DNA of 64,000 nucleotides from Calditrichia bacterium (GTDB lineage Bacteria; Calditrichota; Calditrichia; RBG-13-44-9; J075): NCBI GenBank assembly GCA_050633245.1, contig JBOEGD010000002.1, positions 151,006 to 215,005 of the forward strand, read 5' to 3'. Shown piece by piece: positions 41,972 to 51,921 of this stretch (position 1 is its first letter; each line of letters starts with the position of its first letter). The notes under the pieces were generated by a model. It saw only the letters and a program-made list of their open reading frames with translations, ran no database searches and was not told where the DNA came from. The position numbers and the translations under genes were made by a program.

Positions 41972-43912
41972 ATGACGCAACATACACAACTGACCTACGC
42001 CAATATACAGCGCATCAAGGCAGAAGAATTTCAACGTTTCTTTGCCGGTTCGCAATCAATTCATGCTTATCTCAATCACTTGAACGAAGTGGAGTGGTTG
42101 AATATTGATGATGCAGAAAATCAGCACGAGTTCTTCGACTATGAAGAGAGTAATGTTCTTAAGCTAAAGAAAATATTTGGTGCTCGAACGTATCGCACCG
42201 GGAATTCATCTTCTCAACAAGAGACAGAACTGCGTTTGCAGCTGCGTCGCTATCTCGAATCAACCTACTCCGGTGGCGTTTCACCCGCTACAGCTTCAAA
42301 GATTCCGGCGGTTCTGGAAAAAGAGTTTACCAACGAAGAAATTGAGAACATTCCGGTTTACCTGGAGAATCTCGAACAAGTACATTGGGATACGCGTCTG
42401 TTAAGTGCAATGATGACGGTAGCGGTTTTACTGGTTGCCGTGGCAGGATATGCGTTTGTAAATCAAACGGAAACACCCTATGGTGAGCTTTTAATTGATT
42501 CTAACGTCAGAAGCGCCCGTGTTTATCTTGACGATGAGCAATCCGGCTATTCTCAGTCGGAAATATCCAAGCTGAATCCGGGAACATACAAGCTTTCGGT
42601 GAAGAAGCCAGGCTATTTCAGCAATCCTGAGTATTCCACTGTAACGGTGAAAAAAGATTCCCTTACTAAAGTGTTTATCAACATGTTTCCGCGTAGCGAT
42701 CAAAATCAGGGCATTTTGAAAATCTCTGCCACGCATGATGATTCAAAGATCTTTATCGACAATGATTTCCGTGGAACATTGGATGAACACCCCTACATCC
42801 CCCTGAACCCGGGCCAGTATTCAGTTATAATTGAGAAGAATGGCTTCAGTTCTAATCCTGGTGAGCAAATCATTACAATCAGCGCTGGTGATACAATGGG
42901 GCTAGACTTTGTACAACAGCGTCGCACCTATACCAAAGTGCAGCGTTCTCCGGTACAAACGAATGCCAGAACAACTCTTGGTATCAGCACCAATATTCGC
43001 GGAGCCAAAATTATTATGGATGGCGAAGACACCGGTAAATATGCTGATTATGTTTTTGCAAACCTGAACATCGGAACCTACACCATTGCGCTCGAAAAAG
43101 AAGGCTATCAGTCGACTCCCAAAGAGCAGACGATTCAGCTTGGCACAGGCAGTGGTGGAGCAGATATAGATTTTGAAATGATTAAAACGCATGAGAAAAT
43201 GAGCATTGTAACCACTCCGGTTGCAGGCGATATTTTCGTAAACGGCAAGAAATTCGGGCGTGGTAAAGTAGAACAGCTGGTAAAAATGGGTCAGCAAACA
43301 ATTTCTTTCGGAGAAGTAGCCGGCTACAAAACGCCCAAGCCTCAGATTATTTCATTGGGCAACAATCCAAAGCAGCTTGAAGTCGCTTATTTCCCCGAGA
43401 TGAAACTAGACGTTGAAATTACTGCAAACGGTGCTGTGAAGGTAGACAATTGTGACCTGATAACCGGTTACACCTTTGATAACCGCGCTTTTTCTGCAAG
43501 CAAGGAAGCTGGCCCTGAAGTCGTATTTTTCGACAAGAGAAAAGACTATTTCTGGAAATTCGGCTTCGCTTTTCCCTATCGCGATCGCAAGGGGAATGAC
43601 GCCCTGAAAATGAGCTTCCAGCTACCGAAAGTGCTCGATCATGAACAATCCTTTATTCTGATGCTGGATGCTGCCAGCTCAAAAGAATATTATGCACATC
43701 GCCTCAGCAAAGATCTCGATATCAGCATTAAGGTGAACGGCAGAGTCATCAGCTATACCTATTCGCCAAAGCCTCTTGAAACCAATAACATAAAGCGCAT
43801 GGAATGGGATATTACCCGCTATATAAAGCCCGGTAACAATGCTGTGGAAATTTCTACAACGGAAAAGAACAACACCTTTTTCTACGTCAAGCGAATCAGT
43901 CTACAGAATTAA
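41972..43912 (+). CDS. Bitopic membrane protein with multiple PEGA domains
   Basis: About 140-aa cytoplasmic N-terminus, TM helix, repeated SN..GA.V..D....G...L.PG.Y...V.K.GY PEGA units, C-terminal WDITRYIKPGNNAVEI beta-sandwich. Confidence 0.8.
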   Translation: MTQHTQLTYANIQRIKAEEFQRFFAGSQSIHAYLNHLNEVEWLNIDDAENQHEFFDYEESNVLKLKKIFGARTYRTGNSSSQQETELRLQLRRYLESTYSGGVSPATASKIPAVLEKEFTNEEIENIPVYLENLEQVHWDTRLLSAMMTVAVLLVAVAGYAFVNQTETPYGELLIDSNVRSARVYLDDEQSGYSQSEISKLNPGTYKLSVKKPGYFSNPEYSTVTVKKDSLTKVFINMFPRSDQNQGILKISATHDDSKIFIDNDFRGTLDEHPYIPLNPGQYSVIIEKNGFSSNPGEQIITISAGDTMGLDFVQQRRTYTKVQRSPVQTNARTTLGISTNIRGAKIIMDGEDTGKYADYVFANLNIGTYTIALEKEGYQSTPKEQTIQLGTGSGGADIDFEMIKTHEKMSIVTTPVAGDIFVNGKKFGRGKVEQLVKMGQQTISFGEVAGYKTPKPQIISLGNNPKQLEVAYFPEMKLDVEITANGAVKVDNCDLITGYTFDNRAFSASKEAGPEVVFFDKRKDYFWKFGFAFPYRDRKGNDALKMSFQLPKVLDHEQSFILMLDAASSKEYYAHRLSKDLDISIKVNGRVISYTYSPKPLETNNIKRMEWDITRYIKPGNNAVEISTTEKNNTFFYVKRISLQN

Positions 43913-44041
43913 CACAGCCTGCTCTTAATTTTGCAGACTGTTTTGCACGCAATAAAAGCACGACCTCTCGCATCTCGCGCCTTACACTTTTAAGCTCTAC
44001 ATTTCATTTCCATTTCCTGAATTTCTGTTGTACATTTTTGC

Positions 44042-45385
44042 ATGGATCTATTCTCACAACTCGAACCGGAAAAGTCTCCAGCCACATCTGCACCGCTGGC
44101 GGAGCGAATGCGACCGAAGACTCTCGACGAGCTTATCGGTCATCAACATATTGTTGGGGCAGGAAGCCCGATCAGCGAAGCAATTAAACAGGAACGACTC
44201 AGCTCATTCATTCTTTGGGGTCCGCCCGGTGTCGGAAAAACCACCGTTGCCCGAGCGATCTCTAAAGAAGCAAAAGCAGACTTCCTTAGCATCAGCGCAG
44301 TAACCGCAGGCGTTGCTCAAATTCGCAAGAGCATTGAACGAGCCGAGAAAAATCGCAAGTTTACCGGGCGCAAAACGGTCCTTTTTATCGATGAAATTCA
44401 TCGTTTCAACAAGGCACAGCAAGACGCGCTTCTTCATGTCGTTGAAGATGGTACGCTGGTTTTAATCGGCGCAACAACAGAGAATCCATCGTTTGAGGTC
44501 ATCGCACCCTTACTTTCTCGCTGTCAGGTTTACAAGCTGGAATCGCTTACAGACAATGACATTCGAGCCATCGCCGAGCGTGCTCTTAAAAACGATTCCA
44601 TTTTGATTGAGAAGCAGGTCAAGGTTGAAGACTGGAATTCACTCTACATTCTTTCAGGGGGAGACGCCAGACGCGCACTAAATATTATTGAGGAAGCTGT
44701 GGCGCTTCTAGGCAAACAACAACCGCCTCTTCTGCTCGATGCCGCAACATTCGAGCGTTCTGCTCAGAAAAAAGTTCTTAAATACGACAAAAGCGGTGAG
44801 TATCATTACGATCTCATCTCGGCATTTATAAAAAGCCTGCGCGGAAGCGATCCTGACGCAGCCGTCTATTGGATGGCTCGTATGTTGGAAGCAGGCGAAG
44901 ATCCCAAATTTGTGGCGCGACGCATGTTAATTCTTGCCTCGGAAGATGTTGGTAATGCCGATCCGCAGGCAATGACAATGGCAACCAGCTGCTTTACTGC
45001 CGTCACCTATATTGGAATGCCCGAATGTCAGATTATTCTCAGCCAAACGGCAACCTATCTGGCCAGTGCTCCGAAGAGCAATGCTGCATATATGGCGATC
45101 AGACGTGCAATCGAAACGGTTCGCGAAGCGCCGGATGTGCAGGTGCCCCTTAAATTGCGCAATGCGCCTACCGGGCTAATGAAAAAACTGGATTATGGAA
45201 AAGATTATCAGTATGTTCATGACCATGATGGTGGCTTCGCGAAAGAATCATACTTACCGGAAAAGCTGCCAAAGAAACAGTTTTATTTTCCAAAAGCGAT
45301 TGGCAGCGAAAATGCAATTCTACAGCGTCTGAAAACGCTATGGAGCGGCATGAAAGACTATTCGACTCACTCAAAAGATGAATGA
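44042..45385 (+). CDS. rarA: Replication-associated recombination protein A (RarA/MgsA)
   Basis: PLAERMRP, WGPPGVGKTT, FIDEIHRFNKAQQD, SAFIKSLRGSDPDA. Confidence 0.97.
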   Translation: MDLFSQLEPEKSPATSAPLAERMRPKTLDELIGHQHIVGAGSPISEAIKQERLSSFILWGPPGVGKTTVARAISKEAKADFLSISAVTAGVAQIRKSIERAEKNRKFTGRKTVLFIDEIHRFNKAQQDALLHVVEDGTLVLIGATTENPSFEVIAPLLSRCQVYKLESLTDNDIRAIAERALKNDSILIEKQVKVEDWNSLYILSGGDARRALNIIEEAVALLGKQQPPLLLDAATFERSAQKKVLKYDKSGEYHYDLISAFIKSLRGSDPDAAVYWMARMLEAGEDPKFVARRMLILASEDVGNADPQAMTMATSCFTAVTYIGMPECQIILSQTATYLASAPKSNAAYMAIRRAIETVREAPDVQVPLKLRNAPTGLMKKLDYGKDYQYVHDHDGGFAKESYLPEKLPKKQFYFPKAIGSENAILQRLKTLWSGMKDYSTHSKDE

Positions 45386-45391
45386 CATATT

Positions 45392-45895
45392 ATGAAGACA
45401 ATCAAAACCCGCGTTACTGATTACTTTATTCAGATGAAGACCAAGGGCATTGCCCGCAGACTGGATTCATCGCTCTCCTTCCCCGTACCATCGGATACGA
45501 TTAAAAAGGTATTGATTATTTTACCTCGTAATCTGGAATCCCTCGATCGGGCGTCTAACTTTGTGCAGTCGTTGAAAAAACACTATCCAAAATGGCGAGT
45601 CGAGCTGTTTGATGTCGACAAGCTAGGCAAAAACGACCTGAATAATATGCAGCTTCCCAAACCGGAAGTAGTAAACAAACTTAAAGCTGCGGGCTATAAC
45701 TTTGTTTTGGATTTGAATGATTCGAATGATCAAGTGGCATCGTTTATTACGCTTATGACCGAAGCACGTTATCGCATGAACCTGAACCGCGAAGGTGAGC
45801 AGTCTTATAACATCGCATTTCAGCCACAGCGTTCCAATGGCGTTATTCACTATGAATCGATTCTGCAATATCTCAGTCAGCTAATTGTTGCTTAG
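45392..45895 (+). CDS. Hypothetical protein
   Basis: 167-aa ORF 6 nt after rarA; Rossmann-like alternating pattern (KKVLIILP...YNFVLDLN). Confidence 0.7.
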   Translation: MKTIKTRVTDYFIQMKTKGIARRLDSSLSFPVPSDTIKKVLIILPRNLESLDRASNFVQSLKKHYPKWRVELFDVDKLGKNDLNNMQLPKPEVVNKLKAAGYNFVLDLNDSNDQVASFITLMTEARYRMNLNREGEQSYNIAFQPQRSNGVIHYESILQYLSQLIVA

Positions 45896-45910
45896 CAACA
45901 AAATATACGC

Positions 45911-46077
45911 CGCTCACTCTGACTTCGACTCCGCTCAGTCTGACGCGGGTTAACCGCCTACTTGCCTCTTGCGTTTCTGCCTGTTTCTGCCCTTCTTTTC
46001 TGCCTACTGCCTGCCTTTCAGACATCGCTCGCTCTGACTTCGATTCCGCTCAGTCTGACGCGAATTAACTGCCTACT
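45911..46077. repeat. Two 52-bp direct repeats containing a REP-like core CTTCGA(C/T)TCCGCTCAGTCTGAC
   Basis: Copies at 45911-45962 and 46026-46077 match at 47/52 positions; the spacer is made of TTCTGCC-like units. Confidence 0.85.
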
Positions 46078-46224
46078 CACGTCGCGCTTCAAAAATAATT
46101 CAAAAAAAATTAGCACTTCCTTCATTTTTTCCTGCGTTAGTAAATGAGAGCAAACCCAAGCTCCTCAGAAGCAAGCAGAGAGAAGAATAATACTATATCT
46201 ATAGGATACTCAGGAGGAAGTACA

Positions 46225-48594
46225 ATGAAGCATCAACTAACAATCGCATTTTTGTTGCTGGCCATGCTGTTTTCATGCACCAAAGATCCTGCACAACCGA
46301 GTGACCAGAATCCACCAACGGATGACGTGAACATGTTTTTGACCGAGTTACCAGCCTGGTCAGAGTTTTCACCGTTAAAGGCTCCGGTTCCCCCCACGGC
46401 AACCGACAGTTCTGAAAAGCTTCCAGACGTGACAATGGACGTTGAGGCCATCGGCGACAGCGGCGAAGTCACCATTATTCCAAACGTGACATATGAGTGC
46501 ATATCCACCCCCTACACGGTTACCGACAACCCACAACAGATCGTCATGTATAGCCCTGACATCGATGTGCTTTGGCCGGGATCACTCATTCAAGGCAAGA
46601 GTTATGCAAATGGACTCGGTTCCCTATTGGGCATTACCATCGCTGAACGCAGCCCAATTGATGTTTCTATTCCGGGTTTGGCAAACAACGATAATTTTCG
46701 CACAGTAGATTTACCTTCGCAGTCTACCGTTGCCCAGGCCATCGGCTCGATGGTTGGCAATGCGACTGCTGAGAGCCTGGCCACGCCAAGTACTATTTCC
46801 TTTAAGCAAGAAGTGTATCACTCTGAAAAGTCGTTCGGACTATCCGTTGGGCTTTCCGGCAACTACATGGGATTTAGCGCCTCTGCTTCCGGGGATTTTA
46901 GTCGTGACGCCTCGGAAACAACCATTACTGCGCATTTTTATCAGAAGATGTTTGAAGTCGTTGTTGCACCACCGCAAACACCGGGCGCCTTCTTCAGTGA
47001 AGACTTTACCGAAGCCAAACTTCAGGAACAAATAAATCTCGGCCGTATCGGTAATGACAATATTCCGGTCTACGTAGCAAACGTAGTTTATGGCCGCATG
47101 ATGATGTTTTCCATGACGTCCACGGCATCCGAAACCGACATGCGCGCCACACTCAACGCTGCCTATAATGGTATTGGCGGAGGCGGAAGCGCCAGCCTCT
47201 CGGCAAAGCAGAGTAGCATCCTGCAACAGTCTAAAATAGCTATTACCTCGCTGGGTGGAGACGCGGAAGCAACAATTTCCATGATTCGCTCCGGTGACTG
47301 GTCGCAGTATTTCACAAACTCCGCTCCTCTTACAAGCGCTGCGCCACTTTCCTACACCTTTAAAAACCTTGGCGATGGCAGTATTGCAAAGGTTTCTGAA
47401 GCAACCGATTTCAACATCACTGAATGCCAGGCCAAAGTAGCCATTCCCGGTACGTTCAACTTCCTGCCAGAAGAAAGCATGGCCCTGTCTATTCCAACTC
47501 CCGCAACCACGCTACAGGGCGATTTTAACGGTGATGGCAAAGGAGACTTTGTTTTTAATCACCTGTCTGGCACCAGCAATGAAACGGTCGTTGCTCTCTC
47601 AGACGGGAACGGCTCCTTTAGTATGAGTTCCCCGGTTAGCCATCCAGCGGCTCCAACCGAAACCTGGGGAATTTTTGATCTTCTCGTTGGCGATTTTGAC
47701 GGTGACGGCAGTGACGACCTGGTCTGGAATCTAACCGATGCCAAAAACCGCACCTATGTAGCCCTCTCAAATGGTGATGGATCGTTTGACTTCAAAGACG
47801 AAGTAGAACATCCCAATGGAGGCTGGAGCAATTATTTGGCACTAATTGGTGACGTAGATGGTGATAATAAAGACGATCTTGTCTGGAACTATGTGTATTC
47901 AAGTGGTAATCGCACCTATGTTGGTCTCTCAAATGGTGACGGCACCTTAAACCTGCTCCCCTTTCAGGATCGCGGCGGTAATGGCTGGCAAGCATATATT
48001 CCATTTTTAACCGATATAAGCGGAGATAGTCGAGCAGATATTTGCTGGAATGTCCTGGATAATCGCAACGCAATGCATGGCGGTATTGCTAACAGCAACG
48101 GCACGTTCTCCTTCTACAACGCCCAACTCCATCAGAACAACGGCTGGGGAAACTTTACCAATCGGATGGGGGACATAAATGGTGATTTGATGTCAGACTA
48201 TGTCTGGAGCAGTTTTTATATGAGCGGAACTACCCCCAGAATTCGCATCTATACCGGCCCCTCCAACGGCAATGGAACCTTTGCCACATCGGCCACTCCC
48301 TTCGACCTGGATTTGGAGGAAGCGGGGGGCGATGTTCATTTGGCAGACGTGAACGGAGATGGGAAAAAGGACATCATTTTAAACCACTTAGACACCATCA
48401 ATCGCACCTATGTCGGATTGAGCATCAATGATGATTTCGACTTCTCACGGGTGAATCAACTGCATCCGGAAGTAACGGACTGGTCACAGTATCAACTGTT
48501 CAGCGGTGACTTCGATAATGATGATCTCGATGACCTGGTCTGGATATTCACCGGTTCGAACACCAAGATCTTTGTCGCATTAGCAAAAGAATAA
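46225..48594 (+). CDS. Thiol-activated/cholesterol-dependent cytolysin-like (CDCL) lipoprotein with C-terminal FG-GAP beta-propeller
   Basis: Lipobox LAMLFSC; CDC core motifs VLWPGSLIQG, FYQKMFEV..., PVYVANVVYGRM, PLSYTFKNL; seven GDxxGD-type repeats at the C-terminus; AGGAGG RBS before ATG 46225. Confidence 0.85.
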   Translation: MKHQLTIAFLLLAMLFSCTKDPAQPSDQNPPTDDVNMFLTELPAWSEFSPLKAPVPPTATDSSEKLPDVTMDVEAIGDSGEVTIIPNVTYECISTPYTVTDNPQQIVMYSPDIDVLWPGSLIQGKSYANGLGSLLGITIAERSPIDVSIPGLANNDNFRTVDLPSQSTVAQAIGSMVGNATAESLATPSTISFKQEVYHSEKSFGLSVGLSGNYMGFSASASGDFSRDASETTITAHFYQKMFEVVVAPPQTPGAFFSEDFTEAKLQEQINLGRIGNDNIPVYVANVVYGRMMMFSMTSTASETDMRATLNAAYNGIGGGGSASLSAKQSSILQQSKIAITSLGGDAEATISMIRSGDWSQYFTNSAPLTSAAPLSYTFKNLGDGSIAKVSEATDFNITECQAKVAIPGTFNFLPEESMALSIPTPATTLQGDFNGDGKGDFVFNHLSGTSNETVVALSDGNGSFSMSSPVSHPAAPTETWGIFDLLVGDFDGDGSDDLVWNLTDAKNRTYVALSNGDGSFDFKDEVEHPNGGWSNYLALIGDVDGDNKDDLVWNYVYSSGNRTYVGLSNGDGTLNLLPFQDRGGNGWQAYIPFLTDISGDSRADICWNVLDNRNAMHGGIANSNGTFSFYNAQLHQNNGWGNFTNRMGDINGDLMSDYVWSSFYMSGTTPRIRIYTGPSNGNGTFATSATPFDLDLEEAGGDVHLADVNGDGKKDIILNHLDTINRTYVGLSINDDFDFSRVNQLHPEVTDWSQYQLFSGDFDNDDLDDLVWIFTGSNTKIFVALAKE

Positions 48595-48598
48595 TTGC

Positions 48599-48632
48599 TT
48601 CAGTAGCGCGGGTTATAACCCGCGCTACTGAA
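48599..48632. repeat. Perfect 34-bp palindrome (GTAG-type REP-like or terminator)
   Basis: TTCAGTAGCGCGGGTTA|TAACCCGCGCTACTGAA, immediately after the cytolysin-like gene stop; followed by TTCTGTG heptamers. Confidence 0.9.
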
Positions 48633-48747
48633 TTCTGTGTTCTGTGCTCTGCGTTCTGTTCTCTCCCCTTGCCTATTCCACCCAAAAACCGTTAATTTTA
48701 ACATCACATTAAATCGTGCGATAATCACCGGGATATGGGGTGTCATC

Positions 48748-51700
48748 ATGCAATGCTCTCGTCTATTTTCAATCATTCTTTGTGTTTTAATTATCGGCTG
48801 GATGCCTTCTCTCTTTGCTCAACAGGTTATCAAGACGGTACCTGCTCCTAATTATCCCTATGGCATCACCTATGATGGAAGTCACCTGTGGGTCGGCACG
48901 TCTTCCACCAACAGCAATAAAATCTGGAAGTTAAACCCATCCGACGGCAGCGTTGCCGGAACCATTGACGTACCTTACCAACCCGCCAGTGGTTCTTATA
49001 CCGTGAAGGCACTGGCATACGACGGCGATGACCTATGGGTTTTTATGGACCTGCCTTCCGCCGAACATCCCGATAAATTCTATCGCATGAATCCTGCTAC
49101 CGGCGATGTAACCAAAACGATCAACAGTCCGGAGAACAATTATATCGGTGGAATGACCTTTCACGATAATCACATTTTCTACACTCAGTATTATGCAAGC
49201 AACGTGATTGGTCGAGATGTTATCATAAAAATGGATACCACCGGCGTTACCCGCGACACCATTATCACACAGGGTGAACAGCCAATGGGCATCGATTTTA
49301 ACGGACAATTTTTCTGGTGCGCCGAAGACACCGGTTTCGGTGCAACACGCCAGGAGATTTACGAATACGATGTATCGACCGGAGACTTCACCGGGAATTT
49401 CATCGACAATCCAACTCTTTCCCCGCGCGACATGGTTTTTGATGGTCAATATTACTGGCTGGTAAGCTATAACAATACCAACAGCATCCTGTATCAATTT
49501 GACATATCAGGGGGCACGCCACAAATCGGGGTTTCAAATACCGACTTCAATTTTGGTCTTACGGAGATTGCCCAACCCAAAACCTTTCAGATCAGCGTGT
49601 CTAACATTGGAACTGCCCCCCTTGCCATCAGCGCATTAAATTTTAGTCATCCCGACTTTTCAAGCGATGTCAGCACGTTTCCACAAACCATCCCGGTTGG
49701 CGATTCTTATAACTTCGGCGTTATCTATACGCCTTCTACATACGGTTTGCGAGTTGGAACGATGCAAATTGTCAATAGCGATCCGGTGAGCCCAAACGTA
49801 ACGGTTGATCTTCGTGGAAAAGGTCTTTTCAGTAATCCAACTGCCGGGTTAACCGCCGCTTCACATGATTTCGGTCAGGTTTGGCTGCCCAATGAGGGAC
49901 TTGCCAGCTGGAACCTTGGAATCTACAACCGAGGCATACAGCCTCTTGAACTACAGGCCACTGCGCTTGCAGACCCGGCATATTGGGTGGACACACCATC
50001 GCTACCGACATCAATTGCTCCCGACGACACGCTGGACATTACCGTTTGGTTCAGACCAAGCGAAGCGCTGATTTACCGCGATACGCTTTTGTTAACGAGC
50101 AATGATCCGGCAGCCAATATCTCTGAGGTTTCACTGGTGGGTGCGGGACAGGCGGGCCCATTTGGGCTGGGGACACCTTTCTGGTCTTACCAAATTCCGG
50201 ACAACCCGGTCACCAGCTTTCAGGAGTATCGGGTCGAGGCTCTTAAATCGATCGATGATGTTACCGGAGATGGACTCGATGACGTTATTATCTCCTCCGA
50301 AAACTACTGGACGATTTGCTTAAACGGTGCAAGTTCAGGTTCAGCCGCCGAGGTCTGGCGCTTCAGCAGCTATATTTCGAACTTCAGTGCCGGTTCTATT
50401 GGCTCAACCAACGCTTCGCCGCATCAGCAAAAGGCTCTGGCAATCACGAACGACCTGAACGGCGATGGCAATGAAGATGTGGTAATCGGCACCGGCGGCG
50501 GCAATGAACATGTTTATGCTCTTGACGGCACGACCGGCAGTATTATCTGGGAATTTGGCACAAATGCTGTTGACAGCTTTTCGCTGGGAGACATTACATC
50601 CATCACTGCAGACACCGATTTCAACAACGACGGCATTAACGACATTGTTGCGACAGGCTCGGCGACTGTCGGTGGCGGCCTGGCCGGAAGAAGAACCGTA
50701 TATTGCTTTGACGGTCCAACCGGGCAACAGCTTTGGAAGTATTTTATCGGAGGTTTCCTGCGTGCCTCAGCTACCATTGGCGACGTAAACGGAAACAATA
50801 CTGCGGATCTTGTCATTGCAACAGGCGAAGGCATTCAAAACTCATATGTCTTGTTAGGTCTGGACTCTGAAGGCCCCGGTGGATTACCGACACCAATTTG
50901 GACTTTTGTAATTGGCGCTTCAGCCGGTGGAGGTAAAGAGCTTATTCGCTATGAAGTGCCGGGTGAAACCAGCGATATTATCGCCGGCGCTTTTTTCTCG
51001 AATGTCTATCGCATCGACGGTGAAACCGGAATACAAGTATGGAATTTCTCCAATCTGTCCTCCGGGGTTAATCAACTCACTTTATTGGAAGATCTGAATG
51101 CCGATGGCCTGTCGGAAGTTCTGGTGTCCAGTTTCGACAATAATTTTTACTGCTTGAGCGGAAGCGACGGAGCGGTTCTCTGGTCGCGCTTCTTCGGAAA
51201 CTTCAGCTGGAGTGCCGAGACTATACCGGATCTTAATCAAGATGATATAGACGATGTGATCGTGGCCTGCCGCAACGACATTCTCTATGCACTCAATGGT
51301 GCAAATGGCGAAGTCCTGCTGCAATATCCAATGAATAGCGGTGAATTGCAGGGGGCAACAATTGCCCATATCCTTCCAGACATGGACAACAGCAATTCTT
51401 TTGAAATCCTGGGTGCTGCAGACGGCGGACAGATTGTAGCGTTGTCTGGTGGACAAATTCCGCTTACCGGTATCAGCAATTCAGAGAACTTACCGGAAGG
51501 ATTCACACTGGATCAAAACTATCCGAATCCATTCAACCCATCGACAACACTGCGCTTTGCTCTGGCGGAGCGTTCAGAAATAACGCTTCAGGTAAGCGAT
51601 ATCCTCGGGCGTTCAGTTGCGACAATCTACAACAATCGCGCTTTAGAGGCGGGTGTACATGAGTACACCTTTAATGCGAACGACTTAAGTTCAGGCATAT

Positions 51701-51762
51701 ATTTGTTTAGCTTGACCGCAAATGGGGCGTCCAAAACACGTAAAATGATATTGATGCGCTAG
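48748..51762 (+). CDS. Large secreted multidomain protein: N-terminal beta-propeller, two Ig-like (ASH/choice-of-anchor-D-like) domains, FG-GAP/PQQ-like propeller, C-terminal sorting-type domain
   Basis: Signal peptide; GITYDGSHLWV-type repeats; SNIGTAPLAIS/NRGIQPLELQ Ig units; DxNxDG repeats; QNYPNPFNPSTT...SSGIYLFSL tail. Confidence 0.8.
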   Translation: MQCSRLFSIILCVLIIGWMPSLFAQQVIKTVPAPNYPYGITYDGSHLWVGTSSTNSNKIWKLNPSDGSVAGTIDVPYQPASGSYTVKALAYDGDDLWVFMDLPSAEHPDKFYRMNPATGDVTKTINSPENNYIGGMTFHDNHIFYTQYYASNVIGRDVIIKMDTTGVTRDTIITQGEQPMGIDFNGQFFWCAEDTGFGATRQEIYEYDVSTGDFTGNFIDNPTLSPRDMVFDGQYYWLVSYNNTNSILYQFDISGGTPQIGVSNTDFNFGLTEIAQPKTFQISVSNIGTAPLAISALNFSHPDFSSDVSTFPQTIPVGDSYNFGVIYTPSTYGLRVGTMQIVNSDPVSPNVTVDLRGKGLFSNPTAGLTAASHDFGQVWLPNEGLASWNLGIYNRGIQPLELQATALADPAYWVDTPSLPTSIAPDDTLDITVWFRPSEALIYRDTLLLTSNDPAANISEVSLVGAGQAGPFGLGTPFWSYQIPDNPVTSFQEYRVEALKSIDDVTGDGLDDVIISSENYWTICLNGASSGSAAEVWRFSSYISNFSAGSIGSTNASPHQQKALAITNDLNGDGNEDVVIGTGGGNEHVYALDGTTGSIIWEFGTNAVDSFSLGDITSITADTDFNNDGINDIVATGSATVGGGLAGRRTVYCFDGPTGQQLWKYFIGGFLRASATIGDVNGNNTADLVIATGEGIQNSYVLLGLDSEGPGGLPTPIWTFVIGASAGGGKELIRYEVPGETSDIIAGAFFSNVYRIDGETGIQVWNFSNLSSGVNQLTLLEDLNADGLSEVLVSSFDNNFYCLSGSDGAVLWSRFFGNFSWSAETIPDLNQDDIDDVIVACRNDILYALNGANGEVLLQYPMNSGELQGATIAHILPDMDNSNSFEILGAADGGQIVALSGGQIPLTGISNSENLPEGFTLDQNYPNPFNPSTTLRFALAERSEITLQVSDILGRSVATIYNNRALEAGVHEYTFNANDLSSGIYLFSLTANGASKTRKMILMR

Positions 51763-51921
51763 ATGCGCCCCGGTATCAGAATTAATAATGTGAATTTATT
51801 TGATTTGAAACACAGCAAATTGGGCGTACTGACGACAAATTGTTGCTAATTTTGTCGGAAGATAGACAAAATCTGCGGTGAACGCAGAACGAGGTCCGTA
51901 ACATAATCAGGAGTGTTTTCC

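Noticed and set aside
45911-46077. Mini CRISPR array
   Set aside because: Only two 52-bp repeats, a low-complexity spacer and no cas genes; better explained as REP-like elements.
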